From the NCBI GenBank assembly GCA_002633005.1, contig NMRA01000235.1, positions 115,258-173,716 on the forward strand: DNA of 58,459 nucleotides, in the 5' to 3' direction. This DNA comes from Phoronis australis. Its lineage: Eukaryota > Animalia > Phoronida. Both the position numbers and the translations under genes were made by a program. This document shows positions 11,701-23,700 of the stretch, piece by piece; positions within the stretch are counted from its first letter, which is position 1; each line of letters starts with the position of its first letter. The notes under the pieces were generated by a model, which saw only the letters and a list, made by a program, of their open reading frames with translations, had not been told where the DNA came from and searched no databases.

Positions 11701-14700
11701 CTCAATTCTGGTAGGATTTCTGAAAAATGAACAAATTTTGTCATGGAACTCGTTTTCGGCAAAATCAAAACGATGCAAACAATTTTTGTTGCCTACACAC
11801 TATGGCAGCTAAAACATGCAAGATGCTCAAGGCATGAGATGTACCAGTGCAAGTGCTTGACGTGTAAACGCAGTATGATCCAGATTATCATTACAAGGAC
11901 ACCACTGAATATCATCTGCCCTGTGAGGTAGTGCAACTTTTTCCCAGCTACAGAGTCAAAACAAGGAAAATAACTGGTACCAAGCAGCATGTACGTTATT
12001 TTGAATTATTTTGTTTGTGGTGGATAAGACATGTCCACATGACACACCTATCCAGATTTAAACTGCTTCAAAGTGGCTATAACTGCGTGGTGCACCTTAA
12101 AACCAAGCACTAATCTTTTTACAATATTAGAACAGAAAAGTTTGAACAGTTGCATATTATATTTCCTAAAAAGTGATATAATTATTTTGTTCAAGGTCGC
12201 AGTATGGCTATACTGCAGCAGTCCCAAAGCTGTAGAATAATAACCACCTTCACATGCCAATAGATGTCATTGGTGGCCTAGATAATACTATTCATATTAA
12301 GCCACAAGAGTCGGACCTCAAAAAGATCAAATCAAAAAATTGTTTCAACCAAATCCTCTTAATTTTTGTAGTAATTAGGTTACCTGTTTTTGAAACCACA
12401 TTTCTAGCCAGTGCGGGGTCTTGTCGTAGTCTAACAAGACGATGTTCATACACATGACGTGTCAACTTGGTGACGGGTCCAGGAGCATCGCCCAGATCCA
12501 CCAATGACTGCCTCAGATCTTTATTGGTCATTTTCATAATTTCTAAAGGAATCGCGAGTCGATCCGCTGACTCATCGTGACGTGGTGAATCCTTTTCCAT
12601 CGACACAGTGATCTTTGACTTCATGTCAACAGTGGTGACGCCATGCCTACGAGCTGTCTCTTCACAGAGTTCTGAGCAATCAGGATCATGTTTATTGACC
12701 AGGGACAACTCTTTCCAATCCCTAACATCACTTTCAGCTTCTGTATTACCACCTAGGCTACCAAGTTCACAAACACCAGATGGCGCCTCTGGCTTCAAGT
12801 GCTTCTCTATGAAGCTTGCACCTTCATCGTCTGTGTAGAGGTACTCCACAACGGAGCAGTTACTTAAATGAGAGCCCTCTGTGGATGACGTGTCGTCCGT
12901 TTCTGACTCAGATGTGAAAAGGGGTTCCAAGACCTTCCCCGAAATATCCGGCGGAGCCCACCGACTTTTGACAGGCGTATTTGACAGTTTCAGTCCACTT
13001 AAAAATCCGAGGATGTCGCTAGGACTAGACACAGTGCCTGCGTGCTCATGTTGTAAAGATACAACACCTCCGGTTTTCACAGTACCATGACTCAAGCGAC
13101 TGTCACATGTGTGATAACTCTCCACAGAGCCACCATCAGACTCTGGAGAATCACACACGTCAGTATCGGAGCGGTAGACAGTGAACTGTTGTTTCTTCGA
13201 AGACAACTCCGACTTTTCAGCAAAAGTGGACAAAGTCTTGAAATTCACTTCCTTGTCCACATTGGCGAAGTCCTTCTCCTCCATATCAACACCGTCCCAC
13301 ACCAGGGTGTCGTTCAAATCCTTTCCATTTTCTTCAGACCTAGTTAATACTTGGGAATGATCTGGACTCGTTACATCAAAAATATGCTGCATCCGGTCAT
13401 AGCAGTTCAGGTAGTTTTGCACACGCTCAGTATAGAAACTTCGTCGACTACGAGTGTTAACTTCCACAGATTTCCGCTTAGTTCTATCATCTGTGTCCTT
13501 CAGCCCAACACTCTCACTCCCAATGACACTCAGGCGAGCAGGGCGCAATACAGAATCACGCTTTGTGTCTTTGGATTCTTTGACAATACAAGGTGACTTG
13601 ATACCAGAAGAGTGGGTCTCAGCTTCCTGACCTTCGAGTGTGGACGATACTTCCGTGATTCGGCTGAGGTCACCAAATTTCTGCTCGTACATGGATCCTT
13701 CCAGGACGTCTGTCAAATGTTCGACCAGGGGAGATAATAAAGGATTGCGAGCTTGTGATAATCGGGCTGATCGTCGTAAGCGGCGGGTTGTGTAGACATT
13801 GTGATCGAATATCTCCGCTGGAAAATAAATGACGGCATGAACAATGACATAGTTAGTGAACTACACGAATGTTTTCTATTTCAAGAAGATTTGGTTTGAT
13901 GAAATCGCTCTAGTCCCTCAATGGTGCCGACCCAAATATGCATGCTAGATCCTCATATTGGTGCTGTTGATTACGACTAAATTAAATACAAAGTGTCAAA
14001 GTGGAAATGATCCAGTCATTTGTATATTCAGTGTTCTCCACAATACCAATTCCAAACTCGATGCAAATTTCTTGAGTTCAATATCAGTAGTCAACACTGT
14101 TTTTTCTCTAGTCTATAGCCTTAACATCTCCACTGGAGGTATTTATATATATGTTTCAAAAATGTACACTGAACTGGTTAGGTGTGACCAACTTTTTGAC
14201 ACTTAGTAGGGCTTACACGTGAAAACCGCGAATCGTACTCGAAGTGCCCATTCAGCTGGCGACTGTCTCACGAATAAAAAAATTTGTTGATAAAAGCACA
14301 TGGCCAGGAAGCCCGCAGTACATACCTGTCACTTGCCATCACAGACATTACTCTTTGGGAACTATCCACGAAACTACGTCTACGGGTAGCATATCGGCAA
14401 GAAATAAATATTGGGGCTAATTTCAGAAAGTTTCTAATGCTGTAAAAATGTTACATTATTTTTAAGAGGGATTGCCTTATTAATCACTTGTTTAATGTAT
14501 TCATAATTGGTGTTTTTAAAGTAAAATACCTGATAAAATTCCCCAATAATAGTGGACAACTCCTCCCCCGAATCTCCTGGAAAATAACTCAGGCTGTCAC
14601 ACATTCAGTCACCCAGCGACTCAATGTCATTCGGCCTTAAGGCCCTACCGAGACAATTCTCACATGTTTTAATAGTAGATGTGATTAGCGAGTGCTAAAT

Positions 14701-17700
14701 AAAACGCGTTCTCATGATACTGCTTGTGTTATTTCTTAAGTTACAATGCACACCTAAATTGTTAGGCATACGTTGCGCTTACTCCGGTAAATGAATGCTG
14801 ATGACACGCACTCGCTCACTCACTCACGCAGACAATCTTTAAAACAAAGGTCACGTGACTACGACATGTGTGTTCATCCAGAGATTTTTCTCATGTTGAA
14901 CCTATGTTGTTCTTAATACCGACTCCACACTGTCCACAGGAACTTAAAATCTTAGGGACGCTATATGGAAAACGTAAGTGAGGATTTCAGGTAATTTGTT
15001 AAGTCGAAACTATATTTTTATTTAAGCGAGGCAGCGGTGCTTCAGCGAGTTTTCTTCCTGGGATTTCAGCACAATTTTCTGTAAAATGATCGTAGATTAA
15101 CAACGAAACTTGATAGCAATGTGCCAGTTTTGTAGAAAGTCTGTCATAGGCTACAGATACATGTACATCACATAACGTAAATTCGATGAATCCTAGCTTC
15201 CAATTTCACCCATTTTGGACACCGGGTTTTAACCGCCTTGGGTTACAATGAGCACCTCCCCCGAAACGAATTTTTCTAAGCGCCTCGAGTGCCTTATTAC
15301 GGTGAAAACGTTACTGTTAATTGCCGCTTAGTAAAGTGAACTAGGTTTACCGTTGGTAAAATCAGTCTCTGAGTAGATGCTGAGGGCTGAAGTACAAAGC
15401 CGGCAAATAGTTTTAAACCTGGCGCGGCAATTTTCAAACTTGGCGTGCTTTCCCAAAAGTCGACATGGCAAAATCCAAACTCGTTACCGCATCAAGTCAA
15501 AACAGGTCGTGGAGAACACTGATATTTGATAAAATGCAATGAAACAAACAATATGCTTATTATCTTAATCCACTAACCTTATTTGTCAGCTTTACATATA
15601 AAATTGGTAACAATCGTTACTTGATTGATCAGCTTGAACATTGTGATGTAATTTCCAGCTTGGAAAAGGTAACTGCATAAAGATTATTCAAGTTTGTCGG
15701 ATTAAGTATCATAGATTACCCAGACTCTTATGCTCCCGACCATCAGATGGGGATGGCTCTGTTGATGTACATGGACTGGACTGTTCGCTACTACATTTAG
15801 AAGAAGACGCAGACTCTAGGTCAAGTCTGGACCCCTGTAGTGCGTGGTCGAGTTCCCCCACACTTGAGCAGTCACTGTAACGCGAACTAAGGCGAGATGT
15901 CGACGNCATTTTCTTCAGACCGAGTTAATACTTGAGAATGATCTGGACTCGTTACATCAAAAATATGCTGCATCCGGTCATAGCAGTTCAGGTAGTTTTG
16001 CACACGCTCAGTATAGAAACTTCGTCGACTACGAGTGTTAACTTCCACAGATTTCCGCTTAGTTCTATCATCTGTGTCCTTCAGCCCAACACTCTCACTC
16101 CCAATGACACTCAGGCGAGCAGGGCGCAATATAGAATCACGCTTTGTGTCTTTGGATTCTTTGACAATACAAGGTGACTTGATACCAGAAGAGTGGGTCT
16201 CAGCTTCCTGACCTTCGAGTGTGGACGATACTTCCGTGATTCGGCTGAGGTCGCCAAATTTCTGCTCGTACATGGATCCTTCCAGGACGTCTGTCAAATG
16301 TTCGACCAGGGGAGATAATAAAGGATTGTGAGCTTGTGATAATCGTGCTGATCGTCGTACACGGCGGGTTGTGTAGACATTGTGATCGAATATCTCCGCT
16401 GGAAAATAAATGACGGCATGAACAATGACATAGTTAGTGAACTACACGAATGTTTTCTATTTCAAGAAGATTTGGTTTGATGAAATCGCTCTAGTCCCTC
16501 AATGGTGTCGACCAAATATGCACGCTAGATCCTCATATTGGCGCTGTTGATTATGACTAAATTAAATACAAGGCGTCAAAGTGGAAATGATCCAGTCATT
16601 TGTATATTCAGTGTTCTCCACAATACCAATTCCAAACTCGATGCAAATTTCTTGAGTTCAATATCAGTAGTCAACACTTGTCTTTTCTCTAGTCTATAGC
16701 TTTAACAGGTATTTATATATATATGTTTCAAAAATGTACACTGAACGGGGTAGGTGTGACCTACTTTTTGACACTTTGTAGGGCTTACACGTGAAAACCG
16801 CGAATCGTACTCGAAGTGCCCATTCAGCTGACGACTGTCTCACGAATAAAAAAATTTGTTATTAAAAGCACGTGGCCAGGAAGCCCGCGGTACATACCTG
16901 TCACTTGTCATCACAGACATTACTCTTTGGGAACTATCCATGAAATTGCGTCTACGGGTTACGTTATTTTTAAGAGGGATTGCTTTATTAATCACTTGTT
17001 TAATGTATTCATAATTGGTGTTTTTTAAGTAAAATACCTGATAAAATTCCCCAATGATAGTGGACACCTCCGCCCCCAAATCTCCTGGAAAATAACTCAG
17101 ACTGTCACACATCCAGTCACCCAGCGACTCAATGTCATTCGGCCTTAAGGCCCTACCGAGACAATTCTCAAATGTTTTAATAGTAGATATGATCAGCGAG
17201 TGCTAAATAAAACGCGTTCTCATGATACAGCTTGTGTTATTTCTTAAGTTACAATGCACACCTAAATTGTTAGGCATACGTTGCGCTTAATCCGGTAAAT
17301 GAACGCTGATGACACGCACTCGCTCGCTCACTCACACACGCAGACAATCTTTAAAACAAACGTCACGTGACTACGGCATGTGTGTTCATCCAGAGATTTT
17401 TCTCATGTTGCTGGGTACAATCTTGAGCAGTTTTGAACCTATGTTGTTCTTAATACTGACTCCACACTGTCCACAGGAACTTAAAATCTTAGTGACGCTA
17501 TTTGGAAAATGTAAGTGAGGATTTCAGGTAATTTGTTAAGTCGAAACTATATTTTTATTTAAGCGAGGCAGCGGTGTATCATCGAGTTTTTGCCCTGGGA
17601 TTTCAGCACAATTTTCTGTAAAATGATCGTAATTTAACAAGAAACTTGATAGCAATGTGCCACTGTTTTGTAGAAAGTCTGTCATAGGCTACAGATACAT

Positions 17701-20700
17701 GTACATCACATAACGTAAATTTGATGAATCCTAGCTTCCAATTTCACCCATTTTGGACACCGGGTTTTAACCGCCTTGGGTTACAATAAGCACCTCCCCG
17801 AAACAAATTTTACTAAGCGCCTCGGGTGCCTTATTATGGCGAAAACGTTACTGTTAATTGCCGCTTAGTAAAGTGAACTACGTTTACCGTTGGTAAAATC
17901 AGCCTCTGAGTAGATGCTGAGGGCTGAAGTACCAAGCCGGAAAATAGTTTTTAACCTGGCGCGGCAATTTTCAAACTTGACGTGCTTTCCCAAAACTCGA
18001 CATAGCAAAATCCAAACTCGTTACCCCATCAAGTCAAAACAGGTCGTGGAGAACACTGATATTTGATAAAATGAAATGAAACAAACAATATGCTTATTAT
18101 CTTAATCCACTAACCTTATTTGTCAGCTTTACATATAAAATTGGTAACAATCGTTACTTGATTGATCAGCTTGAACATAGTGATGTAATTTCCAGCTTGG
18201 AAAAGGTAACTGCATAAAGATTATTCAAGTTTGTCGGATTAAGTATCATAGATTACCCAGACTCTTATGCTCACGACCATCAGATGGGGATGGCTCTGTT
18301 GATGTACATGGACTGGACTGTTCGCTACTACATTTAGAAGAAGACGCAGACTCTAGGTCAAGTCTGGACCCCTGTAGTGCATGGTCGAGTTCCCCCACAC
18401 TTGAGCAGTCACTGTAACGCGAACTAAGGCGAGATGTTGACGAACGGCTGTGACCATCGAGCCAGGATAGGTTACTTCCACATGAAGAGCGCGGTGAACT
18501 CACTAGCAAATTGAGAAACAGCAATTTCATGTCTTACTTATATTAATATTGACAATATTTATTTAGCAAACTTCGCCCAACTACTTGATCAAGATTGGCT
18601 ACCATGTCAAATTTTTTTCATAAATTCAACCAAATGCAAGAAGCGCAGACTGAACTTAAAATCATCAGAGACAGTTGACATTCCTGAAAAACATTAAGCA
18701 AGCCCAGCCATTTGCCATAGATTCTTACTTACATTCAACCCATGAATATTGTGGTACATCGTCAGCAAACACTTGTACATCATTGTCTTCATAGAGACGC
18801 AACAGATCTACACAGCTTTGTTCACCAAACTTTGTCGCCATGGAGATTGCATTCTCTTCTTCCTGCAACAATGTCATTTACCTTAATACATATGTTACCA
18901 TTAATCTCAATAAATATGCTACCATTAATCTCAATACATATGCTACTATTTAGGGAATACTCCAGCACAGATATTGGCCTGGGCTCAAGCTATCTTTTTG
19001 TACTTGAAATTAAAATTATACTTTAACATTATTTTACTTTAATATTACAACACGGTAGGTAACCGTAGTCTTGTGCTTGAGTATACTATGTATGGTCTGT
19101 GCAGATTAGTGGCCATTACAAGAGCGCACTTGATGACCCTTAAAATTAGAACAACAAACGTGAGATTTCAGGTAAAAACTCAAAAGTTCGAATTCATATT
19201 TGAACTTTTATGGTGGTGTCATCAAGTGCCAGGACTGGACAGTCATCCACATAAACTACAGTGTACTCCACGATATTTGACAATGTACTTATTGTTATGT
19301 TCCAAGTATGCGAATGGAAAAAATCACGTAACAGTGAAAATTGTGCTGGAAAATCAAAAAGTCAACGATACTAACAAAGTCATTGAGGTACGGATCCCCG
19401 CCGTTCTGAAGTAGCAATTGTAGACACTCCAGTTTCCCATTGCTAGCGGCAACGTGAAGTGGCGTCATGCCATTTAGAGTGCAGCTACAAAAGACAACGT
19501 AATGCGAGTCTCAAACAAAGTTAAAAGTTTACATTTATTCCAACCCGGAATATGACTTAACAGTTACTGTTCTGGGAACATGACGTGAAAGTTACTGTTT
19601 TTGGAACATGGCTTGTTCTGGGGTCCATTTTATCAAAAGTACGCACGTTGAAACAGATTGCTAATGCATGGCTTGTGAAAGCTGTAATTCAGCGTCAATA
19701 TAAAAATTTGTCGGCTTTGGCAGTTTCAAAGTTTCATCCAGATAATGTACCCACCACCCTCTTAGCTATGACCGTATATTTGATCTTAGTTTGTTAAAAT
19801 GGCAGCTGCACTTGGTATACAGAGTGGTATACAAGTGTTTTGTTGAACTCGGAGTGCTTAGATTTCTAGTGCATTTGGTGAATGTTGCAAGCACTTGTGA
19901 TTGGAAATATCTCTGGGAATGAAAACAATTTGGACTCAATGATTCTCTAAGTATAGAATGTAATGTGTTCAAGTTTGTACGTGTTCCTAAACTTTCAAAG
20001 ACAGTAAGTTGATTGTTTTAACAATCTAATACGAGTAACACTGTCGTTTTATTCAATAAATCTTGCTACTAGTTTGACATTATTAAAAAATAAATCTTTT
20101 AAGAGAAAAAGTGTTTACCTCACATTAGGATTAGCTCCATGTCCAAGCAGCAATCTCGTGAACTCCAGAGAGAGGGCTGAATCATTACCTACTGCCAAGT
20201 GTATAGCGGTCAGTCCATCGGTCAGTGCAACGTTAGGATCAGCTCCAACCTTCAACAGTCTCGCAGCAGCACTGCAATGAAAACATGGAATGCCGGAAAA
20301 AGCTAAAATTATAAAATTCTCTGGGAGACCAACTGTTTTGCACTGAAGACAAAACACGATTTGAAGAAATGTTTGTCCTTATATGCATTACATAGATACA
20401 ACACCCAAAATGTTGGACTTGAGAACTCTTTGTAAGTGTTTGGCGTGGAAACAGTTAATTATGTCTGGTGTAGGCTACTTATTGTTATGAAATTGGTCTC
20501 AAAACGTTCAAAAATAATTCTGATTTCTGGATTCAGAAAGAACTGACATTTGCTTTTTTCCTCAGATCAAGATCATAAAATTTCAGGTCACACCCACGAT
20601 CTGTAATCTTATGCAATACAGTTCCAAATCCAAAAATAAAATTTAAAACAGCTGTTAGATTTTAGCGTCTGGTTGACATTTGAGTAACAGCAACACTTGC

Positions 20701-23700
20701 TCAATGTATGTCTTAACTGTAGTGCCATACAGGCTTCTTCATCGCTTAATATTACGTAATGTGAAACAGGCTGCAATGAGTCTGAACTGATGCAGTACTA
20801 CTTAGTTGGTATACTAGAGCAGCACTGGAAGCCCTCATACGTAACTTGCCGACCGATTGCAAGTTAGGAGCTGGCAGCAAGTTTTGAGTGAAAAAATTTC
20901 TTTACACCAGAGAAAGCCGAAGTTCAGAGTTACCTATCAATAAAACCTGTCTTTAATACTCTTGCACATTCAGTCTATTAGCAGGCCATGTGTGAAATAT
21001 CATCCATTTAAAGCCGTTTTCTTAAGGTCAAGGTCACAACCGACATGACCTGTAGGCAAAATCCGCTCAGCAATTAAGATTTTTCCCCGGCAAAATCTGC
21101 TCAGCGGTTAAGATTTTTCACCTCCTCAAAAATACATCCTACACTAAAACTGCCACTTAAGAAGGCGCTTACTTTCTTCAGTGATCCTTTCTGCTTCTAC
21201 TCATATCTTCGATGAAATATAGCTATGAGAACTAAGGTGACTTTGGCGAAGAATTCCAACTCCACTTTTTTGGTCACTGTTTAACGTTTTCACTTTAGTG
21301 CGATAACCACAAAATATTTCAACTGAATCACATGAGTTAGGCAAAGGATCCCTAGACTGAGCGAAGCGCGTGAGGCTGACTTGTGGCATTTGCAAAATAG
21401 CATGGGAAGATATCACGTGAAATTTGTTAGATTTGTGTCATTTGGACTTTTTGTTCATCAACAGGCGTGATTTCATGCAACTTGCTCAAAATGGCACCCA
21501 GTGAGAGAAACTTGAGTGAACCGCGACAGATTTTTATGGATACGTTCAAGTTATGTTATTTTTTTGTTACCTAGAGTCTAGCGCGGTGGTCAATGTCTAT
21601 GTGTTAATATGCATGTGTCATTCGATATGTTTTCCGCTGTATTTTGAAATGAGTAACTTTTTATGGTGCATATCGCCTCTGTACACCTGCAGCGGACACG
21701 GTGATGTACGTTATTGCCTGCTGCAACCAAGGAGTGGATAACACTCCTTGCTGCTACCATGACAGCGTTTTCCCGTTCAGTGACTTAACCAGATGTAGGG
21801 GGTGGTGAGCATGTGGTAACATCTAGCTTCTTAGTTAACTTCCAAGCACACTCTTTTGTATGGTATGACAACAGGCAGGCCAATTCTACCAGGCTTATTA
21901 CAGACCACGTTTGAACACAGTCAAACACAGACTGTGAATTGGTGTATTCGGAAAGAATAGATTGTCGTAACTTCGGTTGCAGTTGGGCGATTTTGGCGAT
22001 TCAAAAACTAAACATGATCACCATTTGACGAAGATTTCAGAAATGCTATTGGTTTATGACATGTTCAAATATGCTTTAACTTAACTTTTATACTTAACAC
22101 CACAGCCCAGTCAGGGTAGATTCTTATTGGAGATTAAAGCAATTGTCAAACAAAAGAGAGCTGCACTGCATGGCCCTCCAAACCATTAATGCCAGAATGG
22201 AGTTAATCAGTCCACAGGCGTCCTCAGCTTCTGATCGTCCCCAATACACTACATAGTAGTATTATATGTAGTGTATTGGGGACGATCAGAAGCTGAGGAC
22301 AACTGTGAATCAGTCGTGTAAGGGCATTGGCTACAGGGGTAAACTTCCCAATTAACTTGTTGTTGGGCTATAGTCATAGAATCGAACAAGTTGGGAGCAA
22401 CGGGAAAATGTCATAATGCCACAAACGTCCTCAGCTTCTGATCGTCCCCAATACACTATATGTAGTGCACTGGGGACGATCAGAAGCTGAGGACGCCTGT
22501 GGCCACTACTACTACGCCTACTACTGCGCTAGTACTAATAGCACTAGGCCGCAAATCAGGCCAATCAGAGTCAAGCGAAACGGGCTACAACGAGGACGAT
22601 GTTCTGTTTCACCATAGATTATGTACTTAGTCTATGGTTTCACGCCTTCACTTCACAAGCTCAGCAGATCAGCGTGTCTATTACAGCCCTACTAAAACGA
22701 GAAATAATCATGACAGATCATACCCATAGTTGTCCTCTCGAATGGACTTGATTAAAAGTGTCGACAAGTCATTCATTTTTCATCAGAAATGCCGAAATCG
22801 TCCACAATCATTCTTCCTGTTGAAACGTGTTTGTTTTTCGCGCCTGTCAAACATGTTTTGAGAAATTGATATCTTAAAAGCAACTTCATTGGCTAATAGT
22901 TTTGTTGACCTACTTCTTGTCTGAAATGAAATTTGAAATATTGCCTAAGATTCTACTAAAACATTGATTATATTAATCCACAGAAGCCTGCGTATTATGA
23001 AATCAAATATTATCAGAATTGTTGACATTTAGAAGTCATTTATTAGAAATGTAATTGATTAAAACCGCTTCCTCCCGAAAGTGGGCTGACCNTAGGTGCC
23101 TACATACCAAATTTCATGAAAATCCGTTCAGGACTTTTGAAGATACAAAGGTAAGCGTAAAAAACTAAAATTGCCACTAGGGGGCACACCGGTAGTCGGA
23201 TCCGTCCGAAAGTTCGCACATGCCGTCCCATTCATGAATGGAACATATGTGCCAAATTTCATGAACGTATGTCAAAGGGTTTTGGAGATAGAGCAGCGGA
23301 CGCCGGACGGACGCCGCCCGGACGGACGGACGGACAGAGATGACGGCATAATGCGTCCACATATAAATATGTGGGCGCATAAAAATAAATCTTTTAAGAG
23401 AAAAAGTGTTTACCTCACATTAGGATTAGCTCCATGTCCAAGCAGCAATCTCGTGAACTCCAGAGAGAGGGCTGAATCATTACCTACTGCCAAGTGTATA
23501 GCGGTCAGTCCATCGGTCAGTGCAACGTTAGGATCAGCTCCAACCTTCAACAGTCTCGCAGCAGCACTGCAATGAAAACATGGAATGCCGGAAAAAGCTA
23601 AAATTATAAAATTCTCTGGGAGACCAACTGTTTTGCATTGAAGACAAAACACGATTTGAAGAAATGTTTGTCCTTGTATGCATTACATAGATACAACACA

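Larger units (their letters stand above)
13326..18442. repeat. Tandem duplicate block A (13326-15905 vs 15907-18442), probable uncollapsed haplotypes
   Basis: Near-identical copies with SNPs and small indels, joined by one N at 15906. Confidence 0.9.

Noticed and set aside
14849-14860. CLEAR/TFEB motif GTCACGTGAC (also at ~17362) as a GBA1 regulator
   Set aside because: It lies within a TIR element in an ANKLE1 intron, about 10 kb from the GBA1 start.
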